Below are positions 13,039 to 27,717 of a stretch of DNA of 64,000 nt, piece by piece. The translations under genes were made by a program, and so were the position numbers. How positions within the stretch are numbered: position 1 is the first letter of the stretch; each line of letters opens with the position of its first letter. This DNA comes from Eledone cirrhosa. Lineage: Eukaryota. Under the pieces are notes generated by a model, which did not search any database, was not told the origin of the DNA, and was given only the letters and a program-made list of their open reading frames with translations. The stretch lies in NCBI GenBank assembly GCA_964016885.1, contig OZ024743.1, positions 83,390,001 to 83,454,000 on the forward strand. Direction: 5' to 3'.

Positions 13039-13405
13039 GTATCCCATTTGCAACACACAGCACGCCACATTTTTCATATATATATTTATATTTTTCCCTC
13101 CGATGTGACCTGTCTGTTTATTTCTTACTGCTTCCCCTTTCTCAGTATCTCTCACCTTCATGTTACCCCCTTTGCCAGTGACTCTCTCTCAGCTGGCCTC
13201 TTCCTCACACTTTCACTCACTCTCTGCTACTCTCCCTCTCTCACTTCCTCCCGCTTGACCTGTGTGAAATCCATTTCTCGCTTACATCTCACTCGCCTCG
13301 GAAGGTCTGTATCTCTCCGCGTCTATAATTTGATCGAACTTAAGTTCACAGATATCACGGACTTGTTTCTCCTCTTCCTCTCTTTCCGTTGCATTACCAT
13401 CTCTG

Positions 13406-13710
13406 TTTGTTTTATTATATATATTTCAAGGGCAACCAAGACAACATAGGTACGCTTTCATCAGATAAAATACAAAGTTTGTTTTATAACTAGAGATATA
13501 CCCATGAAAATCATACCTTATCGGTTGGAAATTCACTGGGAATTTCCAACCGATAAGGTATGATTTTAATGGGTATGTCTCTATTTATAAAACAAACTTT
13601 GTATTTTATCTGATGAAAGCGTACCAATGTTGTCTTGGTTGCCCTTGAAATATATATAATAAAATAAATATGGTTTTATAAATATAGTTTCCATTTATTT
13701 AATATCATTG
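13406..13710 (+). mobile_element. Palindromic PLE terminus (family A) with two divergently oriented hammerheads
   Basis: Inverted arms centred ~13537; HHR at 13602-13666 (+: uauuuuau CUGAUGA...GAAA uauaua UA auaaaaua) and mirror at ~13408-13473 (-); extra tail only on the right, ending at (TA)n. Confidence 0.85.
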
Positions 13711-13724
13711 TATATATCTATATA

Positions 13725-13811
<87 letters not shown>

Positions 13812-13936
13812 GTGGAACACTGGAAGGTAATATACGTAGTGGTAGAGCACTCAGTCCAAGGGACGAGTTAGGTATATATATACGTATATATATATATATT
13901 TATATATATATATATACATATATATATATTTATATA

Positions 13937-14338
<402 letters not shown>

Positions 14339-14359
14339 TATATAAATATATATATATGT

Positions 14360-14390
<31 letters not shown>

Positions 14391-14415
14391 CGTATATATA
14401 TATTTATATATATTT

Positions 14416-14454
<39 letters not shown>

Positions 14455-14611
14455 AATATATATATATAAATATAAATATATATATATATAAATATATATA
14501 TATAAATATATATATGTATATATATTTATATATATATATAAATATATATAAATATATATATACGTATATATATATATATATATATATAAATATATATAAA
14601 TATATATGTAC

Positions 14612-14679
<68 letters not shown>

Positions 14680-14718
14680 ATGTGTGTGTGTGTTCCATTT
14701 ATTTAATATCATTGTATA

Positions 14719-14774
<56 letters not shown>

Positions 14775-15421
14775 CCTAAAAAAATACCTATATGCGTGTA
14801 TAAATAATACATCCATATATTTATTTAAAAAAAATCTAATTGAGTTCTTCACACGCAAGGTTAAAATTATTGAAAAAATTAATTGACCTGCGTGCATATT
14901 ATTTTATTATGTTTCGCGATGACCTCCCCTTTCCACTTGATGACAGTGTGAAATTTCTCATTCTGAGACTGCTGGAATTTCAAATTTGGCGGTCATTCTG
15001 ATACGGAGAGGGAACATCGTTGGACATTGAATATCGGTAAGAAAGTTTTTTTTATATCGATGTTTGACGGGCACCCACTGATGATTTATAAGTGCCCACC
15101 TCCATATATTCCTACGGATTATTTGCAGGCTTGTACATAACCCGGACACATATTTCCCAACTTGTAGAAAACTTATAATGAAACAATTGTTTGGAAAAGG
15201 AGATGCATTTTAATTATGTCTCATATAAAATAATACAACTGGCTATCCGCAAAATACATATAGTTAGCACCCCAAACGTAAAATTGGGATTATACTAAGG
15301 TATATCCTAATGTTTGTTGAGTGAGATGGAAGCTAGTCAGAGTATAGCTTGAAGCTTTAAGCTTTCTCTGTTAATGTATTAAATATATATATATATATAT
15401 ACGTATATATATATTTATATA

Positions 15422-15539
<118 letters not shown>

Positions 15540-15584
15540 TATATAAATATATATATACGTATATATATATATATTTATATATAT

Positions 15585-15690
15585 AAAAGCTAATTCTTTA
15601 AAGCTCTACTTAGTGTGACAAAGGCCAAGTGGTTTATAGAATTCTCTTGGCCTTTGTCACTCTAAGTAGAGCTTTAAAGAATTAGCTTTT
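15585..15690. repeat. Inverted repeat (~45-bp arms); right arm duplicated directly at ~15820-15885
   Basis: aaaagctaattctttaaagctctacttag.gtgacaaaggccaag / cttggcctttgtcactctaagtagagctttaaagaattagctttt. Confidence 0.85.
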
Positions 15691-16366
15691 AAAGAATTTC
15701 CCTTTTCTTTAAATCCATCAACCATGACCGACCCCCAACCATCTTATAGACACCTGAAATATAGGCATTGTTAGCTTAAGAGAAACTTAAAAATAAGGAG
15801 TGGCACCCCAATATGAACTTGTTTATAGAATTCTTTTTGCTTTTGTCACTCTAAATATAAATTATAGCCTTAAAGAATTAGCTTTTACCCACACTCTCTC
15901 TCTCTCATACACACATACATGCATACATACATAGATGCATTCATACACACACACATACACACACATATATACATACATACGTACATACATACATATATAC
16001 ATACGTACATGCATGCATACAAGGGCCTTGTTTCAGGAGAGTACCAGGGGACAACCCCCCCCCCCCACACACACTTTTTCCGGAACGGAGGACAAACCAT
16101 CTTTTGTCCCTCCCCCTACTTTTTCCCAATTAAAAAACAAAGAAAACACCACTAACAAGTCATACATATGTATAATACATATTTTTACATGTTTATTTAT
16201 GTGCATATATTTATATGAATTTATATAGACCCTAAGTTGCAATCGGCATTGAATTTGTTTGTTTGTTTGTTCGATAATTACATCCATTTGCTAAAAATTA
16301 AAAAAGATCGACTCCTCAATAATTTGAATGATAATTGTATAACACCTTTATATCTATTTGTCTCAC

Positions 16367-16656
16367 TAAGTGAATATAGATAAATAAGCAATACATTGTC
16401 TATCAAACTCGCAAATAATTTTATTTTCTACTCTTGAATTGCAGCTGATTCCGTTTTTCCATAGTATATAATATCCTCAATTGTTAACATCTCAGATAAC
16501 ATTTTCATTGATCAATGAAAATGTTATCTGAGATGTTAACAATTGAGGATATTATATACTATGGAAAAACGGAATCAGCTGCAATTCAAGAGTAGAAAAT
16601 AAAATTATTTGCGAGTTTGATAGACAATGTATTGCTTATTTATCTATATTCACTTA
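16367..16656. repeat. Perfect 290-bp palindrome without spacer
   Basis: Centre ttga|tcaa at 16511/16512; arms match base for base as far as I can read. Confidence 0.9.
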
Positions 16657-16821
16657 TAAGTAGTCACTTATAAAACAATCATCTTTTTCAAGTGAGCTTT
16701 TTCTGCATACACAATATATATATATTTGCAATAGCAAATTTGAAAGATTTTTTTTTCACAGGATTTAGCAGATTATGAAAAACTGAGCAATATTTTACTC
16801 AATGGAAATTTTTGTGTTGAA

Positions 16822-17211
16822 GTGATAATGCAGTATCCAGAGTTTGATGAATTTTTTTTAAAGACCGAAATACTTTTTTATAGAAATCATCATAATGGAT
16901 CATCTCTCGAGGATCATTGTCAAATATTCGGTAATATGCAACCAGAAGTCAGTCGCATGTTTCCAAATGTTGAGCGATTGCTCAGGCTACTTTTAGTGCT
17001 TCCAATCAGTTCTTGTGAAGCTGAAAGATCTTTTAGCGCTCTGCGGAGACTCAAAATTTGGCAGCGATCGACCAAGACTCAGCAAAGGTTGAATCATATT
17101 CTAATATGCCACGGTCACAGAGATGTTTTGAAAAAGATTAGTAGTGAAGAAGTTGCTAAATTATTTATTGACAACAATGATGCGAGATATAATACACTTG
17201 TAAAGTTCTAA
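16822..17211 (+). pseudogene. hAT transposase C-terminal dimerisation-domain fragment
   Basis: FPNVERLLRLLLVLPISSCEAERSFSALRRLK..RST..QQRLN is the hAT dimerisation motif. Confidence 0.9.
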
Positions 17212-17552
17212 AAGACAATAAATTTGCCTTATATTTTTTTTAAATTTAAAGGTCTGTTTTAATTTTTATGCTTATTTGATATAATAAATTCTTTTTAAGC
17301 TTATTTTTTTATATCTGAACTTCATTTGAATATATAAAATTTAATTAGCGTAAAAATTTTACTTATGTGATAAGGTTCAGGAAAGGCACCATAAGCAATA
17401 CTAACATGCTCCTTTCAGAATCAACAAATGTTGGTTTGTCCCCCTCACATTTTTAAGGTAAACGAGGACACTGCATGCATACATACATATATACATACAT
17501 ACGTACATATATACATACATACGTGCGTACATAGTACTTACATGCATACATA

Positions 17553-19236
17553 CATGGTGGCTGCCAACTCGTTTTCGAGTACTGCCACTACTTTATATCC
17601 ATGTAGGAGAACCCCTACCGATGCGCTGAACGAGTGTGACTTTTTAGTCCAACCAGCGACTTGAAAACTCTGGTACAAACATTACACTTGTGACAATTAT
17701 TGACACATAGTGCTGGGCCCATGGTACCATGTGACGACAAGTGCAGAGAGATCTCCAGATATAAAGCAATGCCTGTGCCGTGGAGCTTTTATAGTGAGCA
17801 AAGGCACTGCACAAAGCCAGTCCCACTCTCTTAACCAAGATGATATTTACCAAAAAGAATAACAAGTCAACATCATTGGATACCATCAGGGTTGCAGGCG
17901 TTATATCAGAGTTTTCCTTCTCCTAGAATTCTGCCTTGACAAAGGCTAAGGGGTCATCTCTCCCTGTGATTTTGGATGGCCATTGACTCTTAAGAGCTCC
18001 TTTGCCCTTTGACAGGTTTTGTTTTTAGTCCTGCAGGATGTCCAAAGTCACCCTCCTCACCAAGAAACCTTGGTGGGGTTGCCAGTTTAGTCGCCAACGA
18101 CCCGACCATGAGACAGGTTGTACATGGATACATGTTACCAGTAGCACCAACTGGTGACCTGACATACATGCATACATACATACATACATACATACATACA
18201 TACATACATACATACATACATACATACATACATACATACATGGTGGGTGCCAACTCGTTTTCGGGTACGGCCACTACTTTATATCCATGTAGGAGAACTC
18301 CTACCGAAGCGCTGAACGAGTGTGACTTTTTAGTCCAGCCAGCGACTTGAAAACTCTGGTACAAACACTACACTTGTGACAATTATTGACACATAGTGCT
18401 GGGCCCATGGTACCATGTGACGACAAGTGCAGAGAGATCTCCAGATATAAAGCAATGCCTGTGCCGTGAAGCTTTTATAGTGAGCAAAGGCACTGCACAA
18501 AGCCAGTCCCACTCTCTTAACCAAGATAATATTTACCAAAAAGAAGAACAAGTCAACATCATTGGATACCATCAGGGTTGCAGGTGTTATAACAGAGTTT
18601 TCCTTCTCCTAGAATTCTGCCTTGACAAAGGCTAAGGGGTCATCTCTCCCGGTGATTTTGGATGGCCATTGACTCTTAAGAGCTCCTTTGCCCTTTGACA
18701 GGTTTTGTTTTTAGTCCTGCAGGATGTCCAAAGTCACCCTCCTCACCAAGAAACCTTGGTGGGGTTGCCAGTTTAGTCGCCAACGACCCGACCATGAAAC
18801 AGGTTGTACTGGGATACATGTTACCAGTAGCACCAACTGGTGACCTGATACATGCATACATACATACATACATACATGGTGGCTGCCAACTCATTTTCGA
18901 GTACGGCCACTACTTTATATCCATGTAGGAGAACCCCTACCGATGCACTCTGGTACAAACACTACACTTGTGACAATTATTGACACAGTGCTGAGCCCAT
19001 AGTACCATGTAACAACAAGTGCAAAGAGATCTCCAGATATAAAGCAATGCCTGTGCCGTGAATCTTTTATAGTGAGCAAAGGCACTGCACAAAACCAGTC
19101 CCACTCTCTTAACCAAGATAATATTTACCAAAAAGAAGAACAAGTCAACATCATTGGATACCATCAGGGTTGCAGGTGTTATATCAGAGTTTTCCTTCTC
19201 CTAGAATTCTGCCCTGACAAAGGCTAACGGGTCATC

Positions 19237-19237
<1 letters not shown>
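17553..19237 (-). mobile_element. Head-to-tail array of three bipartite RTE-derived elements (17553-18160, 18240-18848, 18877-19237 truncated)
   Basis: Each is the reverse complement of 5339-5945; copies are separated by (CATA)n. Confidence 0.9.
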
Positions 19238-19267
<30 letters not shown>

Positions 19268-19294
19268 CATACATACATACATACATACATACAT

Positions 19295-20660
19295 GGACGA
19301 TAGACGAAATCTGAGCAGTTGATGTTGGAACTCGAAAAATACTGAACAACACCGGAAACTTCCACATCAACAGTGACATAGACCACCTTTACTTGAATAG
19401 TAAGCAGGGAGGCAGAGGCCTAACACCAGTACAGACAGCATTTGAATGTCGCATCATATTCCTCCGACAACATCTACGAACCTCGAAGCGTAGGAGCCCG
19501 TCTCTCGAGCAAGTCTATCTGCATGAAACAGATAAGATCATGAGAGTTGGGAAGGAACTCCTCGAGAGATATTCCCTGTGTGATAATCAAAAACTCACAC
19601 CCAGGGAAGTCGCTCAGCAGGATCGCAGTGAATCCATGGATGAAAAACTGCATGCTTATCAGCAAAAAATCATGCATGGATATGTTGCCAGGAAGCTCCA
19701 GAGTGAGAGTAGTGTAGATAAGGAAAGTAGTCTATCTTGGACCAACAACCGCTATATTGGCTCCCACTTTGAAGGATACACTTTTGCAATCCAAGAATAG
19801 GAAATTAACACGAAATACCTGATTCACAAAAGAGATAGGGATGCAGGCAAAACACCTAGATGTGATAACAAGTGCAGACTCTGCAGAACTAACATCGAAG
19901 ATATCACCCATGTCATCAGCAGCTGTCCAAAGATGTCATCGCGATACTATCTACCTATGAGGCATGATGTAGTGGCCAAAACACTGTACAATGCAATCCG
20001 TAAAAAAGATAGCCCCGATAATAAACACATTAAAATATACAGCAATGTGGAAGACATCCACGTACATAATATGAAAGAGGACTGGTGGAATGTTCCAGTA
20101 AAAACCCCAATAAAATGCAGGCATAACAGACCAGATATTATGATATGGGACAGGGAGAAGAAAACATGCACAGTCGTGGAAATTAGCTGCCCAGCAGATG
20201 CCAATATAATATCAAAAATTAACGAAAAGGAGAATATTTGTGCAAAACTGACGAGAAATCTGCAGACATTCCACCTTGATTACACTTTCAGATTTATGCC
20301 TGTGATTATTGGGGCACTGGGGTATGTTAGTAACTGCGTCAATACAAATCTTGAGAAGCTAGGTTTCACAGGAAGAGGATGAACACAACTAGTTAGGAAA
20401 TTACAAGTACAATCCATTAATGGAACAGTAAAAATATGTAAAACATTCCAAAAACTTTGCATCTAATAACTTCATATACACATGCACGCATACAACTCAA
20501 AACATCCACACATACAACAACATCCATATCTACATATGCATGCATACATAATCTACCTAGTTGATGTTGTGTAAATTCCAATGAGAGAGTCTTGCGTCTA
20601 TGTTAGAAGCCGACTCTCTCTATTGGGAAAACATTTGTGAAATTATGAAACCAGAAGAAC
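19295..20660 (+). mobile_element. Dong/R4-type non-LTR element family B, 5'-truncated
   Basis: GGRGL, AIQE, CRLC..HVISSC, RHDVVA, HNRPDIMIWD, VEISCP motifs; flanked by (CATA)n. Confidence 0.9.
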
Positions 20661-21269
20661 ATACATACATACATACATACATACATACATACATACATAC
20701 ATACATACATACATACATACATACATACATACATACATACATACATACATACATAACGGCTCCATATCAGCGTCGAGAATTGCCATCCTTTCACCTTTGT
20801 TTCATATATGGCTGGCATGAACATTGCCTTTTAGCTGTTTCAAGGATTCAGATACTTTTCTGCATATGTTGCAACGAAAGAAAAAAATAAACACGAAAAG
20901 GTCTTTATCAGCTACGGCCAGCCATGCTCACGCAACACACGTGAAAGTTATTTAGATCAAGTGATGCCTGTGCTTAAAGTTTTTTAAAATTAAGAATGAC
21001 CTTGCACTTGACCAATCCCACTCTCTGAACAACGGTGACATACATCCAAAAAGAAGAACAAGTCAACATCTTTGACTGTCATCGATTCACAGATTTTACA
21101 TCAGAGTTTTCCTTTTCTTAGAATGATGACCTAACAAGAACTAGAGGTCTTCCACTCGAGTATTTTCATGTTCCTGCTCATAGACATACATACATACATA
21201 CATACATACATACATACATACATACATACATACATACATACATACATACATACATACATACATACGCTA

Positions 21270-21890
21270 CATGGTGGAATATTCCAGTCAAAACCCCAAC
21301 AAAATGCAGGCATAACAGATAAGATATAATGATATGGGACAGGGAAAAGAAGGCATGCACAGCAGTGGAAGTTTGCTGCCCAGCAGATGCCAATATAATA
21401 TCAAAGATTAGCGAAAATGAGAATATCTATGCAGAACTCATGATAAATCTGCAGATACTCCACCTTGACTATACCTTCAGATTTATACCTGTGATTATTG
21501 GGGCACTAGGATATGTTAGTAACTACCTCAGTACAATCTTGAGAAGCTAGGCTTCACAGGAACAGAAAGAACACGACTAGTTAGGAAATTACAAGTACAA
21601 TCCATTAATGGAACAGTAAAAATATGTAAAACATTCCAAAAATTCTGATTCTAATAACTGCATGTGCACATGTACAGATGCAAAACATATGCACATGCAC
21701 ACATATAACGAAAAACATTCACATCCACACATACAATAACATCTACACCTGCACACACATGCATGCAGACATGCAGACATATGTGCCTAGTTGATGTTGT
21801 ATAAATTCCAACGAGAGAGTCTTGTATCTATATTAGAAACCCACTTTCTCTCTATGGATAAACATTTATAAAATTATAAAACCAGAAGAA
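21270..21890 (+). mobile_element. Dong/R4 family B, 3' fragment
   Basis: Homologous to 20085-20660; between (CATA)n tracts. Confidence 0.85.
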
Positions 21891-22158
21891 CATACATACA
21901 TATACTTACATCTACATATATATAAATATACATACATAGATATAAATGTAGAGAGAAAGAGAGTTAGTTCCACAACAAATTAGCAAACTAGATTCGAGGA
22001 TGCGTTTCACCCAATGAATTTTCAACGCGTTCTCAGCACAACCTCACTCGGGTTAAAAATCTGTTTTTGTTGTGGAAATAACTCCATACCAAACTCGTCC
22101 TATGGACTGATTGCTCTATTTACTATAGATATAACACCTAGTGTTTGACAACAATGTA

Positions 22159-22268
<110 letters not shown>

Positions 22269-22572
22269 GTATGTAAAAATTTATAATTTTTCTTCCCGTT
22301 TTTATTATTATTATTTGTATAAATATGGAACTTAACTATATTATGCATATCCGCAGTTGACAATGCATATAATGCTGAAACCGGTACCATTATTAAATGA
22401 GGAAATATCGACTTTATAAATAAATAAATGTTTTGATATTACACTGAAAGAGTCTCTTCAGCGTTTTCTACTGAAAAAATCTTTTTCCTTTATACTATTT
22501 GTTTATATATATATATATATATATATATAAATCCAAAATATTAACAAAAATAGACATTCATGTGATCAAGTA

Positions 22573-22639
22573 TATTTTATTATACATATTTCAGAGGTAC
22601 TGAGCTATCTTCAACAGTACGTCCTCATCAGATAAAATA
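22573..22639 (-). ncRNA. Type I hammerhead ribozyme
   Basis: rc: uauuuuau CUGAUGA ggacguacug-loop-caguaccucu GAAA uaugua UA auaaaaua; 8-bp helix I. Confidence 0.8.
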
Positions 22640-24157
22640 AGATGATGCATGACATACCCTGACTAAGTAGTTGGTTAAAATTCAGTCATGGCAGTGAATA
22701 AGATATGACAAAACTCAATATTTATATACCTTAAGATTGAGACATGAAAAAATTACATATAATACAGAGGGTGTGGGAAAGCTTATAAAGATACATAATA
22801 ATAAACAACCACTAATATAATACAAACTTACATAACTGTTAGAGATTCAAATAATTTAAATTATTGAAGAAAGAAGTGAAAGACAGAGAGAGAAACAGAT
22901 GAGGAAAAAGAGAGTTACCGGAAGTATAGAAATATCTTATGCACGAAAGCAAAAGAAAATTGATTAAGGATAGAGAGACGAGGATAAAATATTTTTTATA
23001 GTATAAAGCATAGGGAAGGAGATTTGTATTGTCGTGGATAAATAGCGTATAATTAGATGATGCAAATATATATATATAAATAAATATATATTTGGGCATA
23101 GGTTTGTGAATGAATAATTTCGAATCGTTAAATTATCTAGAAATAATCAATCAATCAAATATCAAATATATCTGGGTGTAGTTATATGAGGGTTTATTTT
23201 CGAGTCCTTAAGTTAATTAGAAATAGACTATTAATCAATTATATATATCCCAACGTATCCGGATGACCGTTAAATTTTGAATCATTTATGTTAGTTCAAA
23301 ATAGTGAATTAATCTAAAGGCATAATATTTCAGGCTATGAAATTTATAAGTATTTATATTATAGTATAATATCATATTTAAAGTATTTGCAAACATAGGA
23401 AGAAGAGACTTAATTATGTCTTCATCCCGAAGGTAATCCAAATTAAATTATATTAAAAAAATTTTATATTAAAGAGATTTTATATTAAAAAATAATCATT
23501 ATATAATTTAGAAAGTAATTACAATTATAACTTTAAAAATTTTAAATTAAAAATTAGAATGCCCTTAAGTATCCAAAGGCCTTATAATTATACTTAAACA
23601 GGATATTATTAAACTAGATATACGCATTTGTCTAAATTTATACAAAGAGTACATTGTTTAAAGTGTAAGACGATATTAGTCAGTTATATATAATATAATA
23701 TAATAAATAAATTACTGTTAATAATGTTAAAAATAAGGTTTTAAGTCAATTATTATATTTAAAAAATTATTCAACTAGGATCATGTAATACATATATACT
23801 ATAAATATACAAATCAAACTTCATGAATCATAAAACATAAAACACAGATTCAAAATAATAAATGAATGGTTTGCGATCCTATAAGTGTCAAATATATAAG
23901 CTATATAATTTAAAACTACAAGAAAATGTTTAAGGATCTATATTATAGTATAATGTCATATTTAAAGTGTCTGCAAACATGAGAAAGAAAAGACTTAAGA
24001 TTTTCATCAACCCGAAGTTAATCCAAATTTAATTATATTAAATCTATTGTAAAACTTTATTCTTTGATTTATTCATTGAACCTTGTTTAACCTTTAAATA
24101 TATATATATATATATCACTTCGGTGATCGGTTTTGATTTTTGAGTTAATATGTTATT

Positions 24158-24285
24158 AATGTTTTCTGATGAAAACACTAAGTCACATCTTTATTTTTAC
24201 TGTACTAATATCGATTTATAATCGGTATTCCTATCATCTATGTGCATATCAAGGATTTAGTGTTTGAAACAAATTGTCAGCCATT
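24158..24285 (+). ncRNA. Hammerhead ribozyme with long helix II insertion
   Basis: CUGAUGA 24166-24172; helix II aaacacuaaguc/gauuuaguguuu (12 bp) enclosing ~70 nt; GAAA caaauug UC; helix I aaug/cauu (imperfect). Confidence 0.7.
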
Positions 24286-24339
24286 AAAAAATATATGTAT
24301 TCATAAATCCTTATTGTTCTCCCCAACATTTTATTTATG

Positions 24340-24404
<65 letters not shown>

Positions 24405-24620
24405 AGTATGTATACGTACATACATATATGTATACAGACGTATAGTAGTATGTATATATATATATACATACATGCACACATATATATATGTACGTATGGA
24501 TTCACCGAACATTTATTATAATGCTCGGTGTGTTTGTAAACAAACATCCCGCATTAAGCCGCAGTGTCTAGCAACCACCGTTGGTCGTTTGTTCAACACT
24601 GACAAAGGAACGCTGTACTA

Positions 24621-24701
<81 letters not shown>

Positions 24702-24769
24702 TGTATATATATATATACTGTATATATATATATATATATATAAAACCACAGACCCTCCATCTCAACTCA

Positions 24770-24807
24770 CCTTTTGAAAAGCAGAAGAACTGCGAAACGG
24801 GTAAAGG
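24770..24807 (+). ncRNA. Hammerhead-like motif with U3:A8 core (family B)
   Basis: ccuu UUGAAAA gcag-aagaa-cugc GAAA cggg UA aagg. Confidence 0.6.
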
Positions 24808-24939
24808 AACCAAATAAATATATATATTTTAAAAAAAAATAAGACTTCAGTTGCATTTTCGATTTCATCTCTTTTTCTTTATACTTTCACTCGTGTAGGA
24901 CACCTCGGTTATTTTTCATTTTGTAAAAAAACCCCTCAC

Positions 24940-25033
<94 letters not shown>

Positions 25034-25254
25034 ATGTCTGTGTGTATGTATGTATATCTATAAGTATTTATATGCATGAATACATACGTACATATATTTA
25101 CGTATACATAAGAGTTTCTCCTATTGGACACTTTAGCTTATTCCGGGAATCCGGGAGAGCCCATGATGTACAAACAACTTAGTCAACATTTTAAAATGTA
25201 TACCGTAATTTCCTGTCATTAGAAAATCTTTGTTCTTATATTGTAACATTGTTT

Positions 25255-25940
25255 TGAAACAACAAACTGTAAATAAATGTGTTTTAGGTTAAGTGTGTGG
25301 ATGTGTATGCATGTTCTTCTGTTTTATAATTTCACAAATGTATACCAATAGAGAAAGAGTCGGTTTCTAACATAGACACAAGACTCTCTCATTGGAATTT
25401 ACACAACATCAACTAAGTAGATATGTTTGTATGCATGTGTAGATATGGATGTTATTGTATGTGTGGATTAAGGGCGGTCGATTGGCCGTATCGGTAGAGG
25501 GTTGGACGCCATGCTTTCCAACATAGTTACGTCCCTTTACGATCTGAGTTCAAATCCCGCCGAGGTTGACTTTGCCTTTCATCCTTACGGAGTCGATAAA
25601 ATAAAGTACCAGTAATGCACTGGGTAATTGCTGGCCTTGTCCCTAAAGTAGAAACAGTTATTGTATGTGTGGATGTATATGTTTTGAGTTGTATGTGTGC
25701 ATGTGTATATGCTTTGCATCTGTACATGTGTATATGCAGTTATTAGATGCAAAATTTTTGGAATGTTTTACATATTTTTACTGTTCCATAATTGGATTTT
25801 ACTTGTAATTTCCTAACTAGTTGTGTTCGTTCTGTTCCTGTGAAGCTTAGCTTCTCAAGATTTGTATTGAGGCAGTTACTAACATATCCCAGTGCCCCAA
25901 TAATCACAGGCATAAATCTGAAGGTGTAATCAGGGTGGAG
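25255..25940 (-). mobile_element. Dong/R4 family B 3' fragment with nested SINE (25470-25657, +)
   Basis: Homology to 20270-20660; SINE flanked by TSD gttattgtatgtgtggat. Confidence 0.85.
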
Positions 25941-25992
25941 TATGTATGTATGTATGTATGTATGTATGTATGTATGTATGTATGTATGTATG

Positions 25993-26021
<29 letters not shown>

Positions 26022-26023
<2 letters not shown>

Positions 26024-26429
26024 GAGATGACCCCTTAGCCTTTGTCAAGGCAGAATTCTAGGAGAAGGAAAACTCTGATATAACACCTGCAACCCTGATG
26101 GTATCCAATGATGTTGACTTGTTCTTCTTTTTGGTAAATATCAACTTGGTTAAGAGAGTGGGACTGGCTTTGTGCAGTGCCTTTGCTCACTATAAAAGCT
26201 TCACAGCACAGGCATTGCTTTATATCTGGAGATCTCTCTGCACTTGTCGTCACATGGTACCATGGGCCCAGCACTATGTGTCAATAATTGTTACAAGTGT
26301 AGTGTTTGTACCAGAGTTTTCATGTCGCAGGCTGGACTAAAAAGTCACACTCGTTCAGCGCATCGGTAGGGGTTCTCCTACATGGATATAAAGTAGTGGC
26401 CGTACTCGAAAACGAGTTGGCACCCACCA
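26022..26429 (+). mobile_element. 5'-truncated bipartite RTE-derived element
   Basis: Matches 5538-5945; between (TATG)n tracts. Confidence 0.88.
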
Positions 26430-26453
26430 TGTATGTGTGTATGTATGTATGTA

Positions 26454-27135
26454 TGTTACACTTTCCCATCCTATGCCTTCCGATTACATTCCATATGTTA
26501 AAATCCCTACCCACTCTAGCATTAAAGTCACCAAGCACGATGACTTTGTCTGCCTGAGGGTTATTTCTTAAAACACCTTTCAAGGCATGGTAAAAGGACA
26601 CTTTTTCTTCATCGACAGAATTCATAGTTGGAGCATACACACTCACCAGGGTCGCATATCTTCCTTTGTCCAGCGGAATTCTCATGGACATAAGACGGTC
26701 ACTAATCCCTACTGGGAATTCTTCTAATTTATTCACAAGAACAGTCTTAACAGCAAATGCTACCCCAGCCTCTCTTCTGGTTCCTTCATCTCTTCTTTTC
26801 CAGAAGAATGTATATTCTCCACAAAATTCTGTAAGATGACCATCTGCAGCTAACCTCGTCTCAGATAAAGCCACGATGTCAAGATCGTAACGTCGAAGCT
26901 CCTTTGCAACAAGAGCGGTCCTTCGTTCAGGACGCTCCAAGGAATCCCCGTCAAGCAGCGTCCGTACATTCCAGCAGCCAAGACTAAATGCCTTGTTTGG
27001 CTCTATTAGAGTGGCACGATGATGAGCGGGCCCAGACTGTGATAACCTGGGGTCCCTGCCCTTATTGCCAAGTATCACTTTTGTTACAGAACATTTATTG
27101 CCAATTATCTCTTTTATATTGTTTTGGAACATCAT
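26454..27135 (-). pseudogene. RTE LINE apurinic-like endonuclease, N-terminal half
   Basis: CWNVRTLLD, ERRTALVAKEL, DIVALSETR, GVAFAVK, SVYAPT, LGDFNARVG motifs; stops at GKCN. Confidence 0.92.
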
Positions 27136-27174
27136 TGAATTGGGAAAAGAAAAGAAAGAAAAAAGTAATAATAA

Positions 27175-27715
27175 TTGTTTCTACTTTAGGTACAAGGCCA
27201 GCAATTACCCAGTGCATTACTGGTACTTTATTTTATCGACCCTGTAAGGATGAAAGGCAAAGTCAACCTCGGCGGGATTTGAACTCAGATCGTAAAGGGA
27301 CGTAACTATGCTGGAAAGCATGGCGTCCGACCCTCTACCGATACTGCCAATCCACCGCCCTAAAAAAGTAATAATAATAGTAACAATAATAATAATAATA
27401 ATTGTTTCTACTTTAGGCACAAGGCCAGCAATTACCCAGTACATTACTGGTACTTTATTTTATCGACCCTGTAAGGATGAAAGGCAAAGTTAACCTCGGC
27501 GGGATTAATAATAATAATAATAATAATTGTTTCTACTTTTGGCACAAGGCCAGCAATTAACCAGTGCATTACTGGTACTTTATTTTATCGACCCCGTAAG
27601 GATGAAAGGCAAAATTAACCTCGGCGGGATTTGAACTCAGAATGGCAAGGGCCGTAACTCTATGCGTCAAAGCATGGCATCCGACCCTCTACCGATACTG
27701 CCAATCCACCGCCCT
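27175..27715 (-). mobile_element. Three tandem copies of tRNA-derived SINE family 1 separated by (TAA)n
   Basis: 27175-27360, 27402-27505 (partial) and 27528-27715. Confidence 0.88.
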
Positions 27716-27717
27716 TA

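Larger units (their letters stand above)
16020..17473 (+). mobile_element. hAT DNA transposon, internally deleted
   Basis: 8-bp TSD CATGCATA at 16012-16019 and 17474-17481; imperfect TIRs caagggccttgttt / aaacgaggacactg; carries a transposase C-terminus. Confidence 0.85.
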
